A stretch of DNA of 64,000 nt, taken from NCBI GenBank assembly GCA_036558545.1, contig DATBFJ010000027.1, positions 946-64,945 on the forward strand, read 5' to 3'. Source of the DNA: Candidatus Limnocylindrales bacterium. GTDB lineage: Bacteria > Chloroflexota > Limnocylindria > Limnocylindrales > CSP1-4. The notes under the pieces were generated by a model. It searched no databases. It was not told where the DNA came from and saw nothing but the letters and a program-made list of their open reading frames with translations. Positions 1 to 8,032 of this stretch are shown one piece after another. The translations under genes and the position numbers were made by a program. Numbering within the stretch: position 1 is the first letter of the stretch; every line of letters starts with the position of its first letter.

Positions 1-1250
1 GAGGCACCCGCGAGGCGCGCGCCGAAGCGTCGGAAGTCGGGCAGGTCCTCCAGCTCGCCCTCGATCGTGATCTGGAAGTGGTGTCCTGGCGTAGCCTCGT
101 GATACGTCATCTCGGCCAGCCTGTAGAGCGGCCGGCTTGACGGGTCGTACGTGTTGACGAAGTAGATGCCACTGCGCGAGCCGTCAGGCGCGGGCGGGAA
201 GTAGAAGGCCGGCGGCGCTTCCGCTTCCTGGTACGGCTCGACCGCGCGCACTTCGACTGGAGCTTTGGGCAGGCGGCCGAACCAGCGCGGTGCTTCAGCG
301 TTGGCCTTGTCGATGTAATCGTTGGCGCGGTCGACGATCTCCTGCGCAGTCTTGGCGAAGTTCCACGACTCGGTCGCCAGGGCAGCGCGCATCTGCTCGA
401 CGCTGTCGAAGCCAAGCTCCGCGGCGATTGCCTTGGTCTCTTCCCGGATCGACTCGATCTGATCGAGGCCATATTGGTGCAACGCCGCGGGCGATTCGTC
501 GAGGGTGGTCGATGCCTCGATCATCGTCCGATACACCTCGTCGCCGTCGGGCAATGCCCACAGGCCCTCGTGCTCGCGCGCGAATTCTTCGTAGCCCTCG
601 AGCGCGGCGAGGTGCTCGGCCAGGGCCGGCATGACGTGTTCGTCGATCGCGGCACGAATTCGCGCGCGAGTCGCGTCGTCGAGCTCTGGATGTGCGACAA
701 GCAACGGTGACTGTTCTGCTCCACCCTCGACAGCGCGGCGCGTCTGCTCGACGACGCGAGCAACGACCGGCGCCGCGGCTGTGCGCTTGGCGGCGATGCC
801 CTCGAGCAGATTCGCCCGATGCGCCGCCATGTAGTCCGGGTACTGCTCGAGACGCCTGATCAGCCGATCGACGCGTTCTGGCGTGTCGAGGCGCTGAAAG
901 CGAGACAGATCGCCGGGCAGATTCTGGGGACCGGCGGCCTGATCGATCGCGTCGAAGTGATGCAGGTTGTGGTCAAGCTGCCGGATCCAGATGCGTGCCA
1001 CGGTCTCGAGCATGTCGAGCGTGATCTGGTCCTCAATATCGAGTCCTTCACGCTCGACGTGGCGCGCGTCTTCGAGGAATCCTCGTAGCGCGCTGCGCTG
1101 CTCCGCACGGCCAACGTCTGTTACGTCGGGCAGACGGTCGTCGTAGCGCTCGTCGCCCAGGATCGTGGCATAGATCGGGCTGCGCGACAGGAACCACTGC
1201 CAGAAGCGATCGGAAAGGTCGACGACTGATTCGATGGCGACGTCGGTCAC
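1..1250 (-). CDS. DUF885 family protein (metallopeptidase-like); C-terminus runs off the window start
   Basis: Absent from the ORF track because there is no stop in the window. Manual minus-strand translation from GTG at 1250 (GGAGGA at 1256-1261) gives an open frame VTDVAIESVVDLSDRFWQWFL...LYRLAEMTYHEATPGHHFQITIEG... to position 1. The HEaxPGHH motif is characteristic of DUF885. Confidence 0.75.
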   Translation of the reverse strand, partial: MTDVAIESVVDLSDRFWQWFLSRSPIYATILGDERYDDRLPDVTDVGRAEQRSALRGFLEDARHVEREGLDIEDQITLDMLETVARIWIRQLDHNLHHFDAIDQAAGPQNLPGDLSRFQRLDTPERVDRLIRRLEQYPDYMAAHRANLLEGIAAKRTAAAPVVARVVEQTRRAVEGGAEQSPLLVAHPELDDATRARIRAAIDEHVMPALAEHLAALEGYEEFAREHEGLWALPDGDEVYRTMIEASTTLDESPAALHQYGLDQIESIREETKAIAAELGFDSVEQMRAALATESWNFAKTAQEIVDRANDYIDKANAEAPRWFGRLPKAPVEVRAVEPYQEAEAPPAFYFPPAPDGSRSGIYFVNTYDPSSRPLYRLAEMTYHEATPGHHFQITIEGELEDLPDFRRFGARLAGA

Positions 1251-1283
1251 GCAGATCCTCCGTTGGTGGGGAGACGGAGCCCC

Positions 1284-3974
1284 CTAGAAAAGGGCCAGCT
1301 GCTCCGCTTCGCGTTCGATCTCCGGGTCAAGTCCGAGTAACGGGCCGAGCTCGTCGAGGTTCGCTTCCTCCCGGGCGACGAGCCGGCGCAGGTGATCGGA
1401 CTTGAGGATATGCCAGTTCTGCTCATCCAGCGCCCGCGCCAAGAGCGGCGAGCGGGCAATCTTGAATCGGACCAGCTCCGTGCGCTCCGGCGGGATCACG
1501 AGGAAGCGCACGACAGAGTCGTCGGATGGTATGCGCGGGCCGCGGCGCAACAGTGCGTCAGTGAGCATGGCCGTCCATTCGACCTCGAATAGGAACGTCG
1601 CCTTGCCGCGCAGGTACCAGATGCAGTCGAGCGACTCGAACGTCGCTGCATCACCCGCGGCGATAAGTGGCAGATATGCGCGCTGTTCCTCCTCGCTCAT
1701 AAGGTCCGCGACCGTGCCACCGCGGAATGAGCGCCGGCTTTCGCGCTCTGACACGTGAGCCCGCAGTCCCAGACGATGGCCGTAGTCGACGAGGAGGCCG
1801 CACATCTCCCCGTGCTCCGCATGGCGGGCCGTCAGCTCGTCCTGCGTGCGCAGCTGGATCGAGCTCGAGGTGGGATCCCGATACGAGTCGAGAACGGCGC
1901 GGACGAGCTCGGCGTCCGGCGTGTCGTGGCCCCGGAACATGCCCGCAACGCGCTGGAAATAGGTCTCCTCGTCGATGCCCTGGCTGGTCGAGAGCAGTCC
2001 GTAAGCGGCCCATTCGAGTCGGTCGGAAAGCGGCGGACGGGCCTGCGCCAGATCCGCGTCGCTGCGCAGCCACCAACGGCCGTCGTCGATCTCGATCAGC
2101 CGCGCATGATCCGGCCGCCGCAGCTCACCCATCACGATCTCCATCAACAGCCGGACGTGGTCGGTCGCAGACGCGCTGCCGAGCGCCCATCCGGGAACGT
2201 CTGATGGTTCCGCGCCGGTCTCTTCCTCGCTCTCCGGAGCTGCGTCGTCGGTTTCATCCCCTGCCTGCTCCGCGTCGGTGGCTTGCTCCGTGGCGAACGC
2301 ACTCGCCGCTTCAGACTCACCGAATGTCTGCGTCGCGACCAGGTGGCGAAGGTGACCGAGCCGATCGAGTCCCACGAGGACCTCACCGAGCAGTCGTTCC
2401 CCGCTGGCCGGTTCGCCGCGAGCCTGGAGCACGCTCACGGCAACCTGGGTTACGGCCTGCTCAACGTCCGACAGGGCGAACGGCTGCGTGGGATCCGCTG
2501 TGTTCAGGTCGGCCAGCTCCGAGTGCTGATCGCCGTCTTCTTCGGCCGGCCCGACGTTGAACTCGAGCACGCCTCCGATCTGGTTGCCCGACTCGGCGAG
2601 CACGGCATTGGTCAGGCGCAGCCCGGCACCTACCCCGCCGAGCACGCCGGCGACGAGGCCCGAGGCACCGCCCCGGTCGAGGATGACGACGGCCTTGGCA
2701 TCGCGCGCGAGCACGGGCCTGACGGCGAGCAGCGAGCGCCGCAGGGCAGTCGCCTCCCGGCCGCGATCGTTTGATGGCGGCGCGCCGAAGACCCATTCGA
2801 GCGGCAGCTCTGTCGTCGCGTCACGGCCGAGGACAAACGCAGTAGCGAGATAGGCGAACGAGATGTTCTCCACGGACCAGCGGATGGGCGGCTGGGTCAG
2901 CACGAGTCGGACTCGCGAGCGCGGATCGAGCCGGCCGGGCAGAACCGGCCGGCGCGACCAGAACATCGGCTCGTTGCCACTGACATAGGCGGGGCCGGTG
3001 CGCAGCACGACATTGGCTGTGCCGTCAATCAGCGTCTCGATGTCGTCGCCCGGCCGTGGCTGAAAGGTCGCGGTGCCGTCCTCGACGCGGGTGATGAACG
3101 AGCGCACCTCGCGACAGCCTTCCTCGAAGGCGAGCCACGGATTGTGTTCGCGCCATTGCTTCGAAACAGGAGGCTGGACGTGGCCGTGCCGAATGCGCAG
3201 GGCAGCAACGCGCCCGGGATAGCCGTTGAGCTTGCTCGACGGAAGCAGCGCATGAACCAGACCCAGCTTCAAGCCGGCACTTACGGCGGGTGCCTTGAGC
3301 TGCTTATCGAGCTGTCCGACGATCTCGTCGAGCGCGACGAGCGTCCGTGGTGTGAACAGGTCGAGGATCTCGTCCGGCAGATCCTTGCCGTTGTCGAGAA
3401 CCGGAAAGCGGCCGCGGAGGTTCTGACGCGCCGACTTGGCGTTTGCCTTGCGCGCCAGCTTGACGTCATCTTCATCGACGGGGGCGATGCGGGGATCGCT
3501 GCTGCGAGCCTGTTCGCGACAGAAAGAGCAACGGAAGACCTTACGAGACGGCGCTTCGGCGCCGACCTCCCAGATGTATTCCTGCACGACAACTGGCCGA
3601 CCGCACGTGGGGCAGCGTGACGTGAAGCTCTGCTCGATCAGCCGCTTCAGCTCGACATCACCGCGCGGATGAGTGGCGATCGCGGACATGCCCGCGTCGA
3701 AATGGCGCAGGTCCGGTGGCCTGAGCACGATCTCGGCCAGCAGCCGGGTCAATGCCGTCGACTCGAGCGCGTAGACCCGGCGCAATGCGGCAATCGAGTT
3801 GCGCGCGATCCAGCCACCGCGACCGTGGGTGTCGATGACCACGTCGCCGGGCGCGGTGCGCGCCGCCAGCTCCGCCGCCACGACGTTGTCCGCGGGCGGC
3901 GGCGCGAAACGCTCGAAGGCGGGTAGTTGCGGCCCCTGGTTTGGTCGGATCAGCGACGAGAGAGGGTCCGCCAT
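1284..3974 (-). CDS. Large hypothetical protein (896 aa): methyltransferase-like N-terminus, Cys4 zinc ribbon, acidic linker, PD-(D/E)xK-like C-terminal region
   Basis: Long ORF with protein-like composition. VVIDTHGRGGWIARNSI resembles SAM motif I (DPFxGSGTT) of N6/N4 DNA methylases. CPTCG..(26 aa)..CSFC forms a zinc ribbon. LVLTQPPIRW sits where (D/N/S)PP(Y/F/W) is expected. C-terminal LDCIWYLRGKATFLFEVEWT resembles a nuclease D..ExE/K core. Function is motif-level inference only. Confidence 0.6.
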   Translation of the reverse strand: MADPLSSLIRPNQGPQLPAFERFAPPPADNVVAAELAARTAPGDVVIDTHGRGGWIARNSIAALRRVYALESTALTRLLAEIVLRPPDLRHFDAGMSAIATHPRGDVELKRLIEQSFTSRCPTCGRPVVVQEYIWEVGAEAPSRKVFRCSFCREQARSSDPRIAPVDEDDVKLARKANAKSARQNLRGRFPVLDNGKDLPDEILDLFTPRTLVALDEIVGQLDKQLKAPAVSAGLKLGLVHALLPSSKLNGYPGRVAALRIRHGHVQPPVSKQWREHNPWLAFEEGCREVRSFITRVEDGTATFQPRPGDDIETLIDGTANVVLRTGPAYVSGNEPMFWSRRPVLPGRLDPRSRVRLVLTQPPIRWSVENISFAYLATAFVLGRDATTELPLEWVFGAPPSNDRGREATALRRSLLAVRPVLARDAKAVVILDRGGASGLVAGVLGGVGAGLRLTNAVLAESGNQIGGVLEFNVGPAEEDGDQHSELADLNTADPTQPFALSDVEQAVTQVAVSVLQARGEPASGERLLGEVLVGLDRLGHLRHLVATQTFGESEAASAFATEQATDAEQAGDETDDAAPESEEETGAEPSDVPGWALGSASATDHVRLLMEIVMGELRRPDHARLIEIDDGRWWLRSDADLAQARPPLSDRLEWAAYGLLSTSQGIDEETYFQRVAGMFRGHDTPDAELVRAVLDSYRDPTSSSIQLRTQDELTARHAEHGEMCGLLVDYGHRLGLRAHVSERESRRSFRGGTVADLMSEEEQRAYLPLIAAGDAATFESLDCIWYLRGKATFLFEVEWTAMLTDALLRRGPRIPSDDSVVRFLVIPPERTELVRFKIARSPLLARALDEQNWHILKSDHLRRLVAREEANLDELGPLLGLDPEIEREAEQLALF

Positions 3975-4271
3975 GAATGGCGAGTCTACCTATGCGGTCG
4001 AGGCCAGTAAGTGCCAGTCAGGGATGGCGGCCCCGATCCCCAGGGAGTGGGGCCGCCATCAACCAGATTGTTCCTTTTGGGCGGCACGACCGGAACGAAG
4101 CGAAGGTTAGGCCCGGTCGTTCCCGCTTCGGAGCTCGGCCGCCGCCAAATAGCGACGAAACCATGCGCGCGGCGCCCGAATCTCACCGAATTCTGCTAGC
4201 GCGTACCGCCTGAACCGGATCAAACAATTTCGTTGATATCGGCGAGAAGTCGATGCGAGAAGGAGGAGGCG

Positions 4272-5150
4272 CTACTCCTCGTCCTCATCGGCACGATCGT
4301 CATCGACGTCTTCTTCGGCAATGAATGCCTCATCGGAGGTGAGGTCCTCCGGCACGACGTGGCCGATGTCCTCGATCTCCTCGTCCTCGTCGTCGAGCTC
4401 GAGCTCCTCCTCGAGGTCCATCTCCTCCCGGACGAGCGTGCCCTTGGTGTATGGCCGCAGATCACTGACCTTGGCCGCCGTCGGGAACGACACCTTGCCG
4501 TAGTTGGCCGGGTCCTGGTACGTCTCGCGAATGATGATCCGCACGTCACGCTCGCCGATCGAGGTGACGCCTGCGGTGTACTTGTTACCGTCGGCGATCA
4601 GCTTCAGCAGCCGGGCGGCGACGCGCGGCTCGACATAGCCAATATGCCAGCCGTTGGACATCGCCTTGAGGCGTGGCCCGTCTGACGATAGCTCGACCGC
4701 GTCGCCGGGGTTGACCTGGGCAAGCTGCCTGGGATCGGCCAGGTCGATCAGGTGCGCAAAACCGGTCTTGCCCGTCTCCTCGACGAAGATCGCGACCGGC
4801 GCCTTATCCGTCTTCTTGGCGGCGATCGTCTTCTTGCCTGCCTCGGCGAGAAGCATGCGCAGGCGCGAGATGTTGCGCTCGGCAATACGGTTGGTCGGGT
4901 CGAGAGCCAGCGCGGCCTGGTAGTGCTCGCGCGCCTGGCCGAGCTCGCCCATCTCCCAATAGGACTTGGCTAGCCGGTTCTCGGCCTCCGAATCAGCGCC
5001 AAGTTCCAGGATGCGCTTGTTGAGGTCGGCAGCCTGCTCCCAATCGGCGTCCGTGGCCGCCGCAATGGCCTGCTCGGTCAGCTGCCTCTTGAGCCGGGTC
5101 GCGTTGATGGCTGGCTGCGCCTGGTTGCCGTCGGTAAGTGAAAAGCTCAT
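4272..5150 (-). CDS. TPR repeat protein with possible HIRAN-like middle domain and poly-acidic C-terminal tail
   Basis: The ORF has a TPR-like segment (AENRLAKSYWEMGELGQAREHYQAALALDPTN). A central block NPGDAVELSSDG..NGWHIGYVEPRVAARLLKLIADGNKYTAGV resembles HIRAN. The last ~50 aa are D/E-rich. Confidence 0.6.
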   Translation of the reverse strand: MSFSLTDGNQAQPAINATRLKRQLTEQAIAAATDADWEQAADLNKRILELGADSEAENRLAKSYWEMGELGQAREHYQAALALDPTNRIAERNISRLRMLLAEAGKKTIAAKKTDKAPVAIFVEETGKTGFAHLIDLADPRQLAQVNPGDAVELSSDGPRLKAMSNGWHIGYVEPRVAARLLKLIADGNKYTAGVTSIGERDVRIIIRETYQDPANYGKVSFPTAAKVSDLRPYTKGTLVREEMDLEEELELDDEDEEIEDIGHVVPEDLTSDEAFIAEEDVDDDRADEDEE

Positions 5151-5229
5151 GTTGTGCTACGTGTGTCCTTCGCCTGTGAGATGTCCGTGTCTCCGGGCAC
5201 GCGCTGGCGTACCGCGGGACCTACGGAAA

Positions 5230-5477
5230 AACGGGAAGTAGGTGACTAACTATACTCACCAAGGTCCCCTCGTGCGACCAGCGCGTTTGCGTGTGCCCGA
5301 GCCGGACTGCCTAAATCGCCTGGAGGAAGCTCTCCAATCGTGGACAAAGGTTGCCGTAGTCGCGGCGCACAACGCGCCGCAGGCTCAACAACGGCCCGTC
5401 CCGTCCACTAGGGAGGTGCTCGCTCAGTAGAGCGTCGAGCGCCTCTTAACGGGACGGCCACCCGTCGAGGTATCGAA
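5230..5477 (+). promoter_or_regulatory. Structured 5' leader of the mgtE-like/NRAMP operon; candidate Mg2+ (M-box-like) riboswitch
   Basis: 327-nt non-coding gap. Nested perfect helices are CCGTCCCGT 5396-5404 / ACGGGACGG 5449-5457, enclosing GAGGTGCTCG 5413-5422 / CGAGCGCCTC 5436-5445. A further hairpin is GCGGCGC 5362-5368 / GCGCCGC 5374-5380. Short M-box-like strings occur in the expected order: GTAGGTGA 5238, CTGCCTAAA 5307, CAAAG 5345, GCTCAACA 5383, GTGCT 5416. GAGG SD lies at 5467-5470. Not validated by a covariance model. Confidence 0.3.
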
Positions 5478-6743
5478 ATGCTCTACCTGAGTCAGGTCAT
5501 CGGCCGGCCCGTTCGCGACATGAGCGGGGAACCGATCGGCAAAGTCGCGGATCTGATCGTCGCTGTCGGCGAGAAGTACCCGCCTGTCACCGGGCTGGTA
5601 ATCCGCACTGACGGACGCCAGATCTTTCTGCCGTGGACGTCGGTCGAATCAGTAGACGTCGAGGGCGCGCGGCTCAAGACATCCACGCTCGACATCAACA
5701 AGTTTCGACAGCGCGATAACGAGATCCTGCTCAAGGCGGATCTGATGGACAAGCAGATCGTCGACATCGACGGCCGTCGCGTGGTGCGCGTGAATGACGT
5801 CAGCCTCGACGTCGTGACCGGGTCGCTGCGCCTGGTGGCCGTGGACGTCGGCGCGGCCGGCATCGCGCGCCGCCTTGGTCTCGAGGGTCCGTATCGGACG
5901 ATCGCGCGCAATTTCAGGCTGCACACCGGCGAGCGCTTTATTGACTGGGAGGACGTCGATCCACTTGAGACGTCCATTGCAGCGGTGCGCCTGCGCGTCC
6001 CGCATAAGGGTCTTGCCTCTCTTCATCCGTCGGACCTCGCCACGATCATCGATCAGCTGACTCCGCGCGACCGCGCAGGAGTGCTTGCCTCGCTCGACGA
6101 CGAGCAGGTGGCCGATGCCATCGAGGAGATGGAGCCGGAGACGCAGGTCGAAGTGCTCGAGGATCTCGAGCCGGACCGCGCGGCGGACATCCTCGAGGAG
6201 ATGAGCCCCGACGATGCCGCCGACCTTGTCGCCGATCTCTCCGAGACCGCCCGCGAAGAGATCCTCTCACTCATGGAGAAGGACGAGGCCGAGGAGGTCC
6301 AGGAACTCCTGGGCTATCCCGAGGAGTCGGCCGGCGGGATCATGACCACCGAGTACATCGCCCTGCCCGCGAACCTCACGGCGGCCCAGTCCATCGACCG
6401 ACTGCGCGAGCTCGAACCCGACGCGGAGACGATCTACTACGTGTACGTCGTGGACAAGGACGAATCACTCGTGGGTGTCCTGTCGCTCCGCGACTTGATC
6501 GTGGCAAAGCCTGAAACAGTGATATCCGGTGTGATGATCAAAGAGCCGATCACGGTCAGCGTGCTCGACGATCAGGACCACGTCGCCGGCGTAATCGCCC
6601 GCTACAACCTGCTGGCGGTGCCCGTTGTCGATGACGCCGGGCACCTCGAGGGCATCGTCACGGTTGACGACGCGCTCGATGCAGTGGCGCCTGAGGCGAG
6701 CCGCCTGTGGCATCCCCGGCGCAGCGTCCGACCGGTGCGATGA
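5478..6743 (+). CDS. Soluble MgtE-type regulatory protein: PRC-barrel + MgtE N-domain + CBS pair, no transmembrane domain
   Basis: N-terminal LSQVIGRPVRDMSGEPIGKVADLIV is PRC-barrel-like. The acidic helical repeat HPSDLATIIDQLTPRDRAGVLASLDDEQVADAIEEMEPETQVEVLEDLEPDRAADILEEMSPDDAADLVADL is typical of MgtE_N. Two CBS motifs follow (IMTTEYIALP..., VMIKEPITVS...). The ORF ends without the MgtE membrane domain. Confidence 0.85.
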   Translation: MLYLSQVIGRPVRDMSGEPIGKVADLIVAVGEKYPPVTGLVIRTDGRQIFLPWTSVESVDVEGARLKTSTLDINKFRQRDNEILLKADLMDKQIVDIDGRRVVRVNDVSLDVVTGSLRLVAVDVGAAGIARRLGLEGPYRTIARNFRLHTGERFIDWEDVDPLETSIAAVRLRVPHKGLASLHPSDLATIIDQLTPRDRAGVLASLDDEQVADAIEEMEPETQVEVLEDLEPDRAADILEEMSPDDAADLVADLSETAREEILSLMEKDEAEEVQELLGYPEESAGGIMTTEYIALPANLTAAQSIDRLRELEPDAETIYYVYVVDKDESLVGVLSLRDLIVAKPETVISGVMIKEPITVSVLDDQDHVAGVIARYNLLAVPVVDDAGHLEGIVTVDDALDAVAPEASRLWHPRRSVRPVR

Positions 6744-8032
6744 GCGCGGCGGCGCCGGTCCCAGCGGCGACCGCAACACCGAGTGTGTCGCGCCGCCGCC
6801 TCGGCCGGCGAGCGCGTTTCCTGGCGACGATGGCCGTCCTCGGCCCGGGCATCGTCAGCGGCTTTGCCGACAACGACGCGGGCGGCATCACGACCTACTC
6901 GCTGGCGGGCGCGCGCTTTGGCTATCAACTTCTGTGGGTCCTGCTCGTCACGCAGCTGGCGCTGCTCGTGACCCAGGAGATCGGCGCGCGCATGGGCCTT
7001 GCCACAGGGCAGGGACTCACTGGCCTGATTCGAGAGCGATTCGGCCTGCGCTGGGCCGCCCTCGCGGCGATCACGATGATCATCGCCAACCTGGGCTCGA
7101 CCGTGTCGGAGTTCGCCGGCATTGCCGCCGCCCTGTCACTGTTCGGGGTGCCCGCTGCACTGTCCGCGGTGCTGGCCGCAGTAGCCGTGATGGCGCTCAT
7201 CGGAGCGGGATCGTTCAGCCGTGTCCAGTACGGCTTCGTCGCGATCGGCGTGCTCGTATCGGGCGCGTATCTGTTCTCTGCTGTCCTGGCGAATCCCAAC
7301 TGGGGCCAGGCGCTGCACAGCCTGTTCATCCCGCAGGGGGCGTTCGATGGCGCATACATGCTCGCCGTGGTCGGCGTCGTTGGCACGACCATCACGCCGT
7401 GGGGTCAGCAGTTCATTCAGGCGTACGTCGTCGACAAGCGGCTTCGGCCCGAGGAGATGAACGCCGAGAGGATCGACGTGCTAATCGGCGTCTTCATCAC
7501 CAACGTCGTCGGTGCTTTCATCGTCATCGCCTGTGCGGCGACGCTGTACGCCAGCGGCATCTTCAACATCACCAGTGCCGCCGACGCCGCACAGGCCCTC
7601 GAGCCGATCGCCGGCAACGTCGCTGCCCTGTTTTTCGCCATCGGCCTGCTGGCCGCGTCCCTGTTGGGCCTCGGCGTGGTGCCGCTGGCGAGTGCATATA
7701 CCGCGGCCGAGGTATTCGGCTGGGAGCAGGGGGTGGGCTGGCGCGTCCGCGAGGCACCGGCGTTCTACGGTCTGATCGCGTTCTTCATCGGCTTTGCCGC
7801 GCTGTTCATGCTCATCCCGGGGCTGCCGCTGATCCAGGTCATGTTCGGCGCGCAGGTGCTCAATGGCCTGCTGCTGCCGATAATCCTCGTGTTCGTGATG
7901 CTCCTCGTCGGCGACCGCAAGATCATGGGCAACCTCGTGAGCGGCCGCATCAACCTTTTCCTTGGCTGGGGCGTGACGATCCTGCTGATCGTCATGTCGC
8001 TCGTGCTGGTGGGGACCTCGTTCAGCTCCTGA
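6740..8032 (+). CDS. NRAMP/SLC11 family transporter with non-canonical metal site (NRMT-like, predicted Mg2+)
   Basis: GPGIVSGFADNDAGGITTYSLAGARFGYQLLWVLL matches NRAMP TM1, but DPGN is replaced by DAGG (6875-6886). TM6 reads GTTITPW (7382-7402) instead of A..MPH. About 11 hydrophobic segments. The ORF track starts at 6707; the ATG at 6740 overlaps the upstream stop (ATGA), which favours 6740. Confidence 0.85.
   Translation: MSAAAPVPAATATPSVSRRRLGRRARFLATMAVLGPGIVSGFADNDAGGITTYSLAGARFGYQLLWVLLVTQLALLVTQEIGARMGLATGQGLTGLIRERFGLRWAALAAITMIIANLGSTVSEFAGIAAALSLFGVPAALSAVLAAVAVMALIGAGSFSRVQYGFVAIGVLVSGAYLFSAVLANPNWGQALHSLFIPQGAFDGAYMLAVVGVVGTTITPWGQQFIQAYVVDKRLRPEEMNAERIDVLIGVFITNVVGAFIVIACAATLYASGIFNITSAADAAQALEPIAGNVAALFFAIGLLAASLLGLGVVPLASAYTAAEVFGWEQGVGWRVREAPAFYGLIAFFIGFAALFMLIPGLPLIQVMFGAQVLNGLLLPIILVFVMLLVGDRKIMGNLVSGRINLFLGWGVTILLIVMSLVLVGTSFSS

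Noticed and set aside
1284-5150. 896-aa methylase-like gene plus the TPR gene as part of a BREX/DISARM/Dnd-type multi-gene defence island.
   Set aside because: None of the obligatory partners (PglZ, BrxC/ATPase, helicase, DUF499, phospholipase D and similar) is present. Only a single-gene or two-gene hypothesis is retained, at low confidence.
5249-5256. AT-rich patch (ACTATACT) as a -10 promoter element for either divergent gene.
   Set aside because: A TATACT/TATAGT-like hexamer is present, but no convincing -35 sits at 16-18 nt spacing on either strand. That is not enough to call a promoter.
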